Source: Thermomicrobiales bacterium | Lineage (GTDB): Bacteria; Chloroflexota; Chloroflexia; Thermomicrobiales; UBA6265 | Length of the DNA stretch: 64,000 nt | Assembly (NCBI GenBank): GCA_965218235.1 | Contig: OZ244595.1 | Span: 1,259,009-1,323,008 of the forward strand | Direction of reading: 5' to 3' | Part shown: positions 48,293 to 57,093 of the stretch, piece by piece | Layout: each line of letters begins with the position of its first letter | How positions within the stretch are numbered: the stretch's first letter is position 1 | Made by a program: the position numbers and the translations under genes | Notes under the pieces: model-generated | The model's input: the letters and a program-made list of their open reading frames with translations, nothing else | Databases searched by the model: none | Told to the model about the DNA's origin: nothing

Positions 48293-48781
48293 AACGCGAA
48301 ACCCTCATCATCGTTGGCCCCGGCTGAGGAACGATGCGTTCATGGGCGCGATCCGCCGCGCACCGGGAGCTCCCGCGGAGAGTATCCGTCCAGGGACCTG
48401 AAGCAGGCGGTCGTTGGGAGCACCCGTGCCGAGTCGAACGAAACAGCCGTGGGCACCGGGACAGCATGGCGGATGCTGTCTGGATCCAGGTCCAACACCC
48501 GAATGCGGCGGTCTGCCAAGCGTAGCAGATGCCACCGGGATATCGAGTCGATGATGGCTCTCGAAACGAGTACGTCGGCAATAGGTTTGGGGAGGACAGA
48601 TCGAAGCTGGTGAGTCAATCGTCCCAGCGGGGGTCGCTGACGGCTGCTAAGCTGGAAGTCATTCTCGTTTCGGATAGACGACCATCCGAACGAAAGGAGG
48701 ACGCCGTAGTCTTCACCTGTCACCGGTAATGCTGAACTTCGACTGTCCAGCACTGAGCTCTAAACCAGGGAGAACGATGCG

Positions 48782-49504
48782 ATGACGCATCCCGAGAAGG
48801 GCGAATCACGCCCGCTTCACCTCATTCCCCGACGTGATCTCGTCAAGGCCGGCGCGGTTGCCGCCGGCGGGTTGGCCGTTGGCGCCGCCGTTAGCCAGGG
48901 ACCAACGGTCTGGGCTGCCTCGCCCCACGTCTGGTTACTCAACCGGGCCGGCATCGCCACCCCCGGCGCGACACCGGCCGGAACTCCGGTCAGCGTCACG
49001 GACTACGCTCCGGTCGCCCTCAGCGAGCCCGAGTACGCCACGCTCGTCGCCGCGATCGACCGGTTGATTCCGACCGATGAGCTTGGTCCCGGCGCGGGTG
49101 ACTCCGGCGTCGGTATCTTCCTCGACAGCGCGCTGACCAACGCCCACGCTCCCTACGTCTCGCTCTATCAGGAGGGCCTGGCGTCCCTGGACATGGCGGC
49201 CGAAGGCGGTGACTTCGCCGAGCTCGACGCCGACGCGCAGGACACCCTGATCGGTCAGCTCGAGAGCGGCGAACTGTCCAACGCCCCGGAGGGCTTCTTC
49301 GCGCTCCTGCTCGAGCACACGCGACAGGGCATGTTCGGCGACCCCATCTACGGCGGCAACCGCGACTTCGCCGGCTGGGATCTGATCGGCTACCCGGGCA
49401 TCAAGCTCAACTGGCTGCGGGAAGAGCAAGCGCTCGACACGGTCGTCACTCCCGAGCACCGGTCGGTGGCTGATTTCGGCGCGACGCCGTACACAGGGAG
49501 CTGA
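48782..49504 (+). CDS. Gluconate 2-dehydrogenase subunit 3 family protein (Tat signal)
   Basis: PRRDLVKAGAVAAGGLAVGAA signal and the small-subunit pattern LIPTDELGPGA...GMFGDPIYGGN. It sits immediately upstream of a GMC flavoprotein gene. Confidence 0.8.
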   Translation: MTHPEKGESRPLHLIPRRDLVKAGAVAAGGLAVGAAVSQGPTVWAASPHVWLLNRAGIATPGATPAGTPVSVTDYAPVALSEPEYATLVAAIDRLIPTDELGPGAGDSGVGIFLDSALTNAHAPYVSLYQEGLASLDMAAEGGDFAELDADAQDTLIGQLESGELSNAPEGFFALLLEHTRQGMFGDPIYGGNRDFAGWDLIGYPGIKLNWLREEQALDTVVTPEHRSVADFGATPYTGS

Positions 49505-49507
49505 TCC

Positions 49508-51199
49508 ATGGGAAATCCACTGCCGAAAGTCGATGTCCTGATCGTCGGACTGGGTGCGTCCGGCGGGATCGCCGCGCACGTCCTGACCGAGGCGGGCATC
49601 AGGGTGACCGCGCTCGAAGCCGGTCCACGCCTCACGACCGAGGAGTTCGTTCCGCGGATGGACGAGATCGCCGGGTCGGTCCGGAACTGGATGGGCGCGC
49701 CGAAGGTCAACGGCGAGGTCCCGACCTGGCGCCCGGACGCCGCCTCGCCGACCGCGCCACCACCGATCCCGGCGATCCGGATGATGAACGGTGTCGGCGG
49801 GACGTCGATCCACTACGGGACCCAGAGCTGGCGTTTCCGGCCCGACGACTTCCGTGGCCGGTCGGAGACGATCGAGAAGTACGGCGAGGCGGCGATCCCG
49901 GAGGGCGCCTCGACGGTTGACTGGCCGATCACCTACGACGAGCTCGAACCGTACTACGACAAGGTCGAGTACCTCATCGGCGTCTCCGGCGCTGGCGGTG
50001 CCAATCCGTTCGAGGGTCCTCGCTCTCGGGATTACCCGATGCCACCACTCCGCGACATGGGGTTCAGCGAGATGGCGGCGTCCGCGATGGAACGGATGGG
50101 TTACCACCCGTTCCCGCAGCCGGCCGCGATCGCCAGTGTCCCCTTCGGTGAGCGGCCGGCCTGCACTTACTGCGGGTTCTGCGGCTACTTCGGCTGCTGG
50201 AATGACTCCAAGTCCGGCGTCCAGCTCTCGGCGATCCAGCAGGCTGAAGCGACTGGTCTGCTCGAGATCCGGACGGACAGTCGCGTCACGAAGATCCTGT
50301 CCAACGACAGGGGCGAAGTCACCGGCGTGACGTACGTTGACGAGAACGGCGAGACCGTCGAGCAGCCCGCCGGGCTCGTCATCCTGAGTTCCTACATCTA
50401 CGAGAACGTCCGGCTGTTGTTCCTGTCGAAGTCGGACTTCTACCCGGATGGACTGGCCAACAACAACGGACAGCTCGGCAGGCACTACATGTCGCACGCC
50501 TACGTCGGCGCGTTCGGGTTGTTTCCGGGAACGAAGCTCAACCTCTACTCCGGTACCACGGGCCAGGCGACAGCGATGGACGACCTCAACGGCGACAACT
50601 TCGATCACACCGGCCTCGGCTTCGTCCGCGGGGCGGTGATCTTCGCCGGCAATGGCAACCTACCGATCGGCAACTCGCGGGTGACGCCTCCCGGTGTCCC
50701 GACCTGGGGCAGCGAGTACAAGCGCTGGATCAGCGAGAACGCCGACTCGGTCGGGAACGTCTTCGCCCAGGTCGAGCCGCAGCCGTACGAGTCGAACTTC
50801 CTCGACCTCGATGAGGACGTGACCGATCCGTATGGGCAGCCGGTCCTGCGTGTGACGTACAGCCTCGGCGAAAACGAGAAGAGGGCCGGCGCCTACCTCT
50901 ACGAGAAGCTGGCCGATATCGCGAAGGAAATGGGAGCGACCGAGACCTGGCCCAGCTACCCGTACGACGTGCCGCTGCCGATCAACAGCCACGCCTACGG
51001 GGGGACACGGATGGGTGACGACCCCGATGCATCGGTGGTCAACAAGTACGGACTGGCCCATGAGGCGCCGAACCTCTGTGTTCTCGGCGGCTCGTCTTTC
51101 CCGGCCAGCTCCGGCTACAACCCGACCGAGACGATCGAGGCGCTGGCCTGGTACGCGGCGGACTACATCGCGGCCAACCTGAGCGACATCGTCCGGTAG
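49508..51199 (+). CDS. GMC-family FAD oxidoreductase (gluconate 2-dehydrogenase flavoprotein-like)
   Basis: VDVLIVGLGASGG FAD fold and a C-terminal GMC_oxred_C pattern (HAYGGTRMG, NLCVLGGSSFP). Confidence 0.9.
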   Translation: MGNPLPKVDVLIVGLGASGGIAAHVLTEAGIRVTALEAGPRLTTEEFVPRMDEIAGSVRNWMGAPKVNGEVPTWRPDAASPTAPPPIPAIRMMNGVGGTSIHYGTQSWRFRPDDFRGRSETIEKYGEAAIPEGASTVDWPITYDELEPYYDKVEYLIGVSGAGGANPFEGPRSRDYPMPPLRDMGFSEMAASAMERMGYHPFPQPAAIASVPFGERPACTYCGFCGYFGCWNDSKSGVQLSAIQQAEATGLLEIRTDSRVTKILSNDRGEVTGVTYVDENGETVEQPAGLVILSSYIYENVRLLFLSKSDFYPDGLANNNGQLGRHYMSHAYVGAFGLFPGTKLNLYSGTTGQATAMDDLNGDNFDHTGLGFVRGAVIFAGNGNLPIGNSRVTPPGVPTWGSEYKRWISENADSVGNVFAQVEPQPYESNFLDLDEDVTDPYGQPVLRVTYSLGENEKRAGAYLYEKLADIAKEMGATETWPSYPYDVPLPINSHAYGGTRMGDDPDASVVNKYGLAHEAPNLCVLGGSSFPASSGYNPTETIEALAWYAADYIAANLSDIVR

Positions 51200-51225
51200 C
51201 CCCGACCTTCGCTCGTGAGCGACCA

Positions 51226-51261
51226 GACAGCGCCCGGGCTGCGATGCGACCGGGCGCTGTC
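51226..51261 (+). terminator. Perfect 12-bp hairpin after the GMC oxidoreductase gene
   Basis: GACAGCGCCCGG, a 12-nt loop, then CCGGGCGCTGTC. No U-tract. Confidence 0.5.
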
Positions 51262-51303
51262 GTGCCCGGCCGGCCGGAGCGCATCATTCATTTGCAGCGG
51301 ATA

Positions 51304-51319
51304 TTCACGAAGTTGTGAA
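51304..51319 (+). promoter_or_regulatory. Inverted repeat (possible autoregulatory operator) just upstream of the ArsR-family gene
   Basis: TTCAC-gaagtt-GTGAA in an AT-richer stretch, 18 nt before the ATG. A TACGAT -10-like hexamer ends 6 nt before the ATG, so the mRNA may be leaderless. Confidence 0.25.
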
Positions 51320-51336
51320 CGTGATACGATGCATGA

Positions 51337-52050
51337 ATGAAGAGCATGGACAGGACCACCGGCCAAAATGAGATGCGCGTACTGAACGATCCGGAGGTCC
51401 TCCGCCTGATCGCGGACCCGCTCAGGCTGCGAATCCTGGAACTGCTCCGGCAGGCTCCGCACACCGTCACCGAGCTGGCCGGGCTGCTCGGTGTGGCGCG
51501 GACACGGCTCTACTACCACATCAGGCTGCTGGAATCCCACGACCTCGTCGCGGTCGCTGAGACGCACCTCGTCGCCGGGATCACCGAGAAGCGCTACCGG
51601 GTGACGGCCTACCGTCTGACCGTCGACCGCTCGCTGATCGGTGGGACGGGGGAAGGGGGCGACCCGCTCGACGTGCTCCTGTCCGTCATCCTCGAGGAGG
51701 TCGCGGGAGAGATCCGGCGAGCGGTCGCGTCCGGCCTGATCAACCTGGACGATGGCGGTGGTTCGGGGATCGCTCCCGGACGAATGCTTCTCGGGCGCAA
51801 CTGGTACCGGTTCTCGGACGAGGAGGCCGTCCGGTTCTCGGAGGCCTATGACGCTTTCTGGAACGCGTTCAGCGACCGGCAGGTCGAGCTGCCCGGTGGC
51901 GACCAGGGGGTCGAATCGGACCTTCCCATGCGGACCCTGGCCGAGGACATTTCGACCGACCTGCCTGGTCAGCCGCGACGGCTATACGAGTGGCTGGTCG
52001 GCTTCTATCCGGTGGTGCCGCCCGACGCTGATGGGGAGGACTTGCCATGA
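51337..52050 (+). CDS. ArsR-family HTH transcriptional regulator with C-terminal extension
   Basis: LIADPLRLRILELLRQAPHTVTELAGLLGVARTRLYYHIRLLESHDLV. Confidence 0.8.
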   Translation: MKSMDRTTGQNEMRVLNDPEVLRLIADPLRLRILELLRQAPHTVTELAGLLGVARTRLYYHIRLLESHDLVAVAETHLVAGITEKRYRVTAYRLTVDRSLIGGTGEGGDPLDVLLSVILEEVAGEIRRAVASGLINLDDGGGSGIAPGRMLLGRNWYRFSDEEAVRFSEAYDAFWNAFSDRQVELPGGDQGVESDLPMRTLAEDISTDLPGQPRRLYEWLVGFYPVVPPDADGEDLP

Positions 52051-53330
52051 ACGATGCCAGCACTCCCGACCTCCGCCACGGCCCACTCAACGCCCTGTTC
52101 GTCGCCAACATCGTCGCCCTGGTCGGCAAGCAGCTCAGCCTGATCGCGCTGCCGTGGTTCGTGCTTTCGACGACTGGCAGCGCCGAGCGGGCAGGCCTTG
52201 TCGGCTTCGTCGTCTTCCTGCCGGGGCTCGTCGTCGGCATCTTCGGTGGGGCGCTGATCGACCGGCTCGGATTCCGGCGAGTGGCGATCGCGGCCAACCT
52301 CGTCAGCGGCTTCGGCATCCTAATGATCCCACTCCTCTATCACACCGTTGGGCTCCCGTTCTGGCTGCTGCTGGGCTTCGTCTTCGTCGGCTCGTTGCTC
52401 GAAGTCCCGGCGATCACGGCCGGCCGCTCGATGGTGCCAGAGCTGGCGGCGCTGGCGGGCCGGCCGCTGGAGCGGATCAACGCGCTGTTCGAGTCCAGTC
52501 AGAACCTGGCCCTGCTGGTCGGAACGCCAGTCGCCGGTCTGCTGGTCGCCTGGCTCGGCGCCAGCAACGTCCTCTGGCTGGACGCCGCCGCCTCGGTCAT
52601 CGGCGCGATCGTCCTCGTCGCGGCCGTTCCGGGGTCGGTCTTCGCTCCGCCGGTGGTCGCGACGCAGAGATACCTCGCCGATGTCTTCACCGGACTACGT
52701 TTCATCCGGCGGGACGAACTGCTCTGGCCGATGGTGATCGCGCTGGCGCTCTCGAACGCGATCTCGAGCTCGGTCGTCGGCCTCGTCCTGCCGGTCTACA
52801 TTCGGAACGAGTTCGGGAGCGCGGCCTCGCTCGGCCTGGTCATCGCCGCAATCGGCGCCGGGGCCTTCCTCGGGGCGACGCTGTACGGCTTCCTCGCTGG
52901 GAAGATCTCGCGGACGGTGCTCTGGTGCGCGTCGTACTTGATCGCCCCGATCGAATTCTGGGTGTTCACCGTCTCGCCGTCGGTCGCGCTGCTGATCGTG
53001 GCGTTTCTCCTTGCCGGCTTCGTAAGCGGGCCGATCAACCCGCTGATGGTCACGATCCGTCACGAGCGCAGCCCGACCGAGATCCGGGGCCGGGTCTTCA
53101 GCACGTACTCGGCCGTCGCCGGGGCCGCCGCACCGTTGGGTATCCTGCTCGCCGGCCTGGCGATCGGCCGGCTTGGCTTTCAGCCGTCGGTAATCATCCT
53201 CGCGATCATCGCCCAGCTGCTCGGCGTCGCGATCCTCTTCGTCCCCGCCTTCCGCCGGATGGACGCTTTGCGGCCGCGGGGCGCCGGATTGGGTCAGACA
53301 GCATCTCCAAGTGTTGGATCCGCGCCGTGA
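52047..53330 (+). CDS. MFS transporter
   Basis: About 12 TM segments with a GGALIDRLGFRR motif-A-like loop. ATGA overlap with the ArsR gene. Confidence 0.85.
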   Translation: MNDASTPDLRHGPLNALFVANIVALVGKQLSLIALPWFVLSTTGSAERAGLVGFVVFLPGLVVGIFGGALIDRLGFRRVAIAANLVSGFGILMIPLLYHTVGLPFWLLLGFVFVGSLLEVPAITAGRSMVPELAALAGRPLERINALFESSQNLALLVGTPVAGLLVAWLGASNVLWLDAAASVIGAIVLVAAVPGSVFAPPVVATQRYLADVFTGLRFIRRDELLWPMVIALALSNAISSSVVGLVLPVYIRNEFGSAASLGLVIAAIGAGAFLGATLYGFLAGKISRTVLWCASYLIAPIEFWVFTVSPSVALLIVAFLLAGFVSGPINPLMVTIRHERSPTEIRGRVFSTYSAVAGAAAPLGILLAGLAIGRLGFQPSVIILAIIAQLLGVAILFVPAFRRMDALRPRGAGLGQTASPSVGSAP

Positions 53331-53434
53331 CCAGACACTTCCTGCTCTGGTTCCGCTGGTTGGCCGTTTCAAATCGACCAGATGCCGTCTCGCAGGGCCG
53401 ATCTCATATGATCGCCTGGCCGCCGCGGTGGTCC

Positions 53435-53664
53435 GTCCGTGGGGGTATCCACTGCAAGCTCGGCCGCTGAAGCGGCCTTTGCCGCCAGGCGGACTCGGTT
53501 GGCGGCACCCGCGTGTTCCACTTGACCTGACGAAGGACCATATGGATCAGCAATCGACCGGTCGAAGCCAACATCGGGCATCGTCGAACCCGGGCCGTCC
53601 GTTATTGCCCCGCGGGGCGATGGCCCTGACGGCCCGCGCGACCACAAGGGATCTCCCCTACGAC
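53435..53664 (+). repeat. Intergenic structured repeat element, copy X (230 nt)
   Basis: Arms GTCCGTGGGGGTATCC (53435-53450) and GGATCTCCCCTACGAC (53649-53664). Internal CGTTATTGCCC-cgcg-GGGCGATGGCCCTGACGG at 53600-53632. GCGGCCTTTGCCGCCAGG at 53472-53489 is shared with Y. Confidence 0.6.
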
Positions 53665-53714
53665 GAGCTGCCCCTACGACGCGGTTCCACAGCCGACGAC
53701 AGAAGGGACAAAGG

Positions 53715-54290
53715 GTGTCGACTCCAGTTACTCCTCCAAGATCACCGGGCGGACTCGGCCTGTGGGCCAGAATCATGGCGGACCAGGAAGCGGGGACGAT
53801 GCCAACTCCCGAACCGCCAGCCGCCCGGCCGGTCAGCGCCGCCCCGATGGCGTCGGCCGACCTCGTCTTCGGCGATGACGGCCGGGTCGCCTGGGACCGG
53901 ATCTGGACAGACTTCTGCGACCTCGCCCTGGCCGGCGGTCCGCCCCACCGCGGGACGATGCTCGACGCCCCGACGATCGAGGCGGTCGTAGCCGACCTGA
54001 CTAACTACGAAATCATCCGGGGAGAGATCGGCCGCGGGATCGCGCTGACGACCGGATGGCCGGTCGACCAGGACGCGCCGATCGGCTGGATCGGGCTGGT
54101 CTGTCCGGACCGCGAGGCGGCGAAGTGGATGGCGCGGGCGATCCTGGCCGAGAACGTCGCCACCCGCACCGCCGAGGAGCTGGTCCTCGTCCCGGCTGGC
54201 CCAGCGTTCGAGCTCAAGGACGAGACGAAGAACGTGGTGACAGCTGTCGCGAAGGCGTGGCACTACTGGGCGAAGCATGGGATGCGCTAA
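53715..54290 (+). CDS. Hypothetical protein
   Basis: Protein-like composition (DLVFGDDGRVAWDRIWTDFCDLALAGGPPHRG..., AKAWHYWAKHG), but I recognise no family. The start is uncertain: GTG 53715, ATG 53775 or ATG 53799. Confidence 0.55.
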   Translation: MSTPVTPPRSPGGLGLWARIMADQEAGTMPTPEPPAARPVSAAPMASADLVFGDDGRVAWDRIWTDFCDLALAGGPPHRGTMLDAPTIEAVVADLTNYEIIRGEIGRGIALTTGWPVDQDAPIGWIGLVCPDREAAKWMARAILAENVATRTAEELVLVPAGPAFELKDETKNVVTAVAKAWHYWAKHGMR

Positions 54291-54474
54291 CCAGCCCCGA
54301 CCATCGCTGGCCGAGTCTTGACTCAGAAACGTCAAAAGGGACGTACCGGTCTGGGCCGATTAGTGGTCCGTCAGCCGTCAATTGCCGGTGGCGAGCGGGT
54401 CCTGCCTGATTTGGGGGTCCTCCCCGCTCCGGGATCCGTTGGAGACGACGCCGCTTCAGCGGTGGCGCGACGAC

Positions 54475-54515
54475 GGGGAGCCGGGGAGGGGCCGGGGGAG
54501 GGGTCGGCTCCGGGG
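54475..54515 (+). other. Dense G-quadruplex-forming tract (C-rich i-motif on the minus strand)
   Basis: GGGGAGCCGGGGAGGGGCCGGGGGAGGGGTCGGCTCCGGGG has six runs of at least 4 G within 41 nt. The core G4-N1-G4-N2-G5-N1-G4 is at 54483-54503. Confidence 0.5.
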
Positions 54516-54542
54516 CAGCGGATGACCCTTGACAGACCCCTA

Positions 54543-55665
54543 AGTACAACCAAAGAGAAGTTGCGGGGTGTATGCTGAGAAAAAGGAGGCGGCGATGCAG
54601 CCCGTACGCATTCCCGAACTCACCTCGACGCAGCTTGACGCCTTGGACGAGGTGTACCGAACCTGCCGCGATGTCCGCCTGCGGACCCGGGTCCAGATGG
54701 TGTTGTTGGCCGGGGAGCAGCACCTAACGGCGGCGGCCATTGCCGGCATCGTGCGCATGAGCGAGGACACGGTGCGACGCTGGCTCAAACGCTACCTGAG
54801 TGAGGGGATCGAAGGGCTGCGCGACCAGCCCCATCCCGGAGCGCCCAGCAAGGTCACCGCGGCCTATGTCGACCAGTTGCTTGCCGCCGTGCGGCGCCGG
54901 CCCCGGAGCCTGGATCTGCCGTTCTCACTGTGGACCTTGCAGCGACTTGCCGACTACCTGGCGGAGCAAACCGGGATCCGGGTTGCCGACGAGACCGTGC
55001 GCCTGCATCTGAAAGCCGTCGGCATCGTGCTGAGCCGGCCGCAGCACACGATCACCAGCCCCGACCCGGCGTACGCGCTCAAAAAAAGACGATTGAAGCC
55101 ATGCGTGACCACCTCGCCCCCGATGATCACTTCTACTATGCCGACGAGTTCAACCTGAGTTGGCTACCAACGCTCACGGCCATGTGGAGTCCCAAAGGCC
55201 AGCAGGTGATGATTTCAACGCCTGGCCAGCCACAGAAACGGTACGGCATTGGGGCGGTGGATTACCATGCCGGCCAGACCGTCGTCCTCATCCGCCGGCA
55301 TAAACGACGGCGCGAAATCGCCGAACTCCTTGAGGCGTTGGTGGAGAAGCATCCCGCCGGAACCATCTATGTGGCATGGGACAACGCCTCCACCCACGAA
55401 GGCGATGAGATCGAGGCGGTGGTGCGTGGTGCGGCGGGCCGTCTCGTCCTGCTCTATCTTCCAAGCTACAGCCCATGGCTCAATCCGATCGAGATGCTCT
55501 GGCGGCACTTCCGGCGGGAAGTCACCCACTGCGAACTCTTCCCGACCGTCAAGGCGCTCATCGCCGCCGCAACCGCCTTCTTTGACCGGTACAATCACGT
55601 ACCCAAACAGATGCGCTCGATCATTGGCGTACAGCCACATCCCGCAGAAATTCTGTGAATGTACT
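54543..55665 (+). mobile_element. IS630-family insertion sequence (about 1.12 kb) flanked by a TA duplication
   Basis: Terminal inverted repeats AGTACA...TGCGGG and CCCGCA...TGTACT. TA is present on both sides (54541-42, 55666-67). It encodes a DDE_3/Tc1-mariner-like transposase. Confidence 0.85.
54595..55658 (+). CDS. IS630-family transposase, two frames joined by a -1 shift at an A7 run
   Basis: The HTH part (MQPVRIPELTSTQL...) runs to ALKK. The -1 frame continues KTIEAMRDHL...YADEFN...VAWDNASTHEG...YSPWLNPIEMLW (D, D, E). The slippery site CAAAAAAAG is at 55080-55088. AAGGAGG RBS. Confidence 0.8.
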
Positions 55666-56945
55666 TAGATGACGACGATGCCCTGGGAGCCGAGTTGCGG
55701 CAGACCGCCGCCGATACCGCCGTCGATTGGCGCGAGCGAGCCGTCGGGGCCGATCGCATAGCCCTGGACGACTCCGAGGCCGCCCCAGAGCTGATAGTAG
55801 AAGGCGCCATCCGGGCTGATCGCCGAGTCGATCGCGCCACTGCCACGCCCGACGGTCGTGACCTGCTGGGCGGCGACGGCGGACTCGAGCGTGGCCGAAC
55901 CGTCGTCCGCGATCGCGAAGGTGGAGATGGTTCCGTCGCCGGTGTTGGCGGTGATCGCCTGACGCCCGTCCGGCGTGACGGCCACCCAGCAGGCCGCCGT
56001 GCGGGTGGTGCTGACCTGGTCGGCCAGCGTGGTCAGCGACCCGTCGTCGCCGATGGCGTAGATCGAGATCGAGGACTTGCCGAAGCCGCCCATCGTCGGG
56101 CCGCCCTGCGTCTCGGTTACGACGAGCCGATTGTCCCCGAGCCGGGCCGTGCCGAACGGACCGACGCCAGCCGACGTGGTCGCGACGACCGCCCCGACCA
56201 GGCCATCGTCGCCGATCGGGAAGACGGAGAGCAGGTTGGTCATGGTGTCGGTCACGATGACGTGGGCGCCATCGGCCGTGAAGACGACGTCGGTCGGCTT
56301 GGTCATCTCCGCGTCGCTCAGCACCGTGGCCGAGCCGTCGATGACCGAGAGCGCGCCGTCGTCGCCGACCCGGAGGCTGATGAGGCTGGTCGGCTCGCCG
56401 GCCAGCGGATTGCCGGAAAGCGCCACGACAACACGATCGCCGTGATGGGCGAGTCTGGTGGGGAAGGTCCCCGCCGCGACGGTCGAAACGGTGGTCAGGC
56501 TGTAGTCGTCGGCGATGGCGAGGCTGGAGACGGTTCCGTCGGCGGCGTTGACGGCGAACAGGCGCCGGCGCTCGGCATCGTAGACCAGGGAGTGGTTGGA
56601 CATGAGCGTGTCGAAGCCGTTCTCGATGTCGAGGTTCGGGACGTTGCGGCGCCCAGTCCCCTCGCCACCGGTCGGCGTCGTCGCGAGGTAGGTCAGCAGA
56701 CCGGCGTCGTCGCGGCTGAAGCCGACGATCGCGTTGCCGACGCCGTCCCCATTGGTCATGGCGTAGACCGCGCCGGCGGGTGGCGCGGCCGTCGCGGCCG
56801 GGGTGGCCTGGCTGGCGGAAGCTCGCCTGATCGGGCTGATGATCGGGAACGCGGAGGCTCCAAGGCCAAGGGCCGCGGTACTGATCAGGAGGCTCCGGCG
56901 GTCGAGTGGCCGGGTGGACAATGCCAGACTGCGATTGACGGTCAT
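55665..56945 (-). CDS. Secreted beta-propeller lactonase-family protein (Tat signal)
   Basis: DRRSLLISTAALGLGASA signal. Repeated blade-like segments (VTPDG, SPDG, FTADG, GDDGSL). The stop codon is shared with the IS630 target TA. Confidence 0.8.
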   Translation of the reverse strand: MTVNRSLALSTRPLDRRSLLISTAALGLGASAFPIISPIRRASASQATPAATAAPPAGAVYAMTNGDGVGNAIVGFSRDDAGLLTYLATTPTGGEGTGRRNVPNLDIENGFDTLMSNHSLVYDAERRRLFAVNAADGTVSSLAIADDYSLTTVSTVAAGTFPTRLAHHGDRVVVALSGNPLAGEPTSLISLRVGDDGALSVIDGSATVLSDAEMTKPTDVVFTADGAHVIVTDTMTNLLSVFPIGDDGLVGAVVATTSAGVGPFGTARLGDNRLVVTETQGGPTMGGFGKSSISIYAIGDDGSLTTLADQVSTTRTAACWVAVTPDGRQAITANTGDGTISTFAIADDGSATLESAVAAQQVTTVGRGSGAIDSAISPDGAFYYQLWGGLGVVQGYAIGPDGSLAPIDGGIGGGLPQLGSQGIVVI

Positions 56946-57093
56946 GACGGGTTCTCCCTGAATGAGCCGTACTGGAATCGGAGACCGATCGTGACGGATG
57001 GGTCACGCTCTCCAGTCTGGCGGTCACAGGGCAACGTGAGCGTAAGCAGCCGGTATCAGTCTGGTTGCCGTTGGTCGCGAAGTAGTAAATGGG

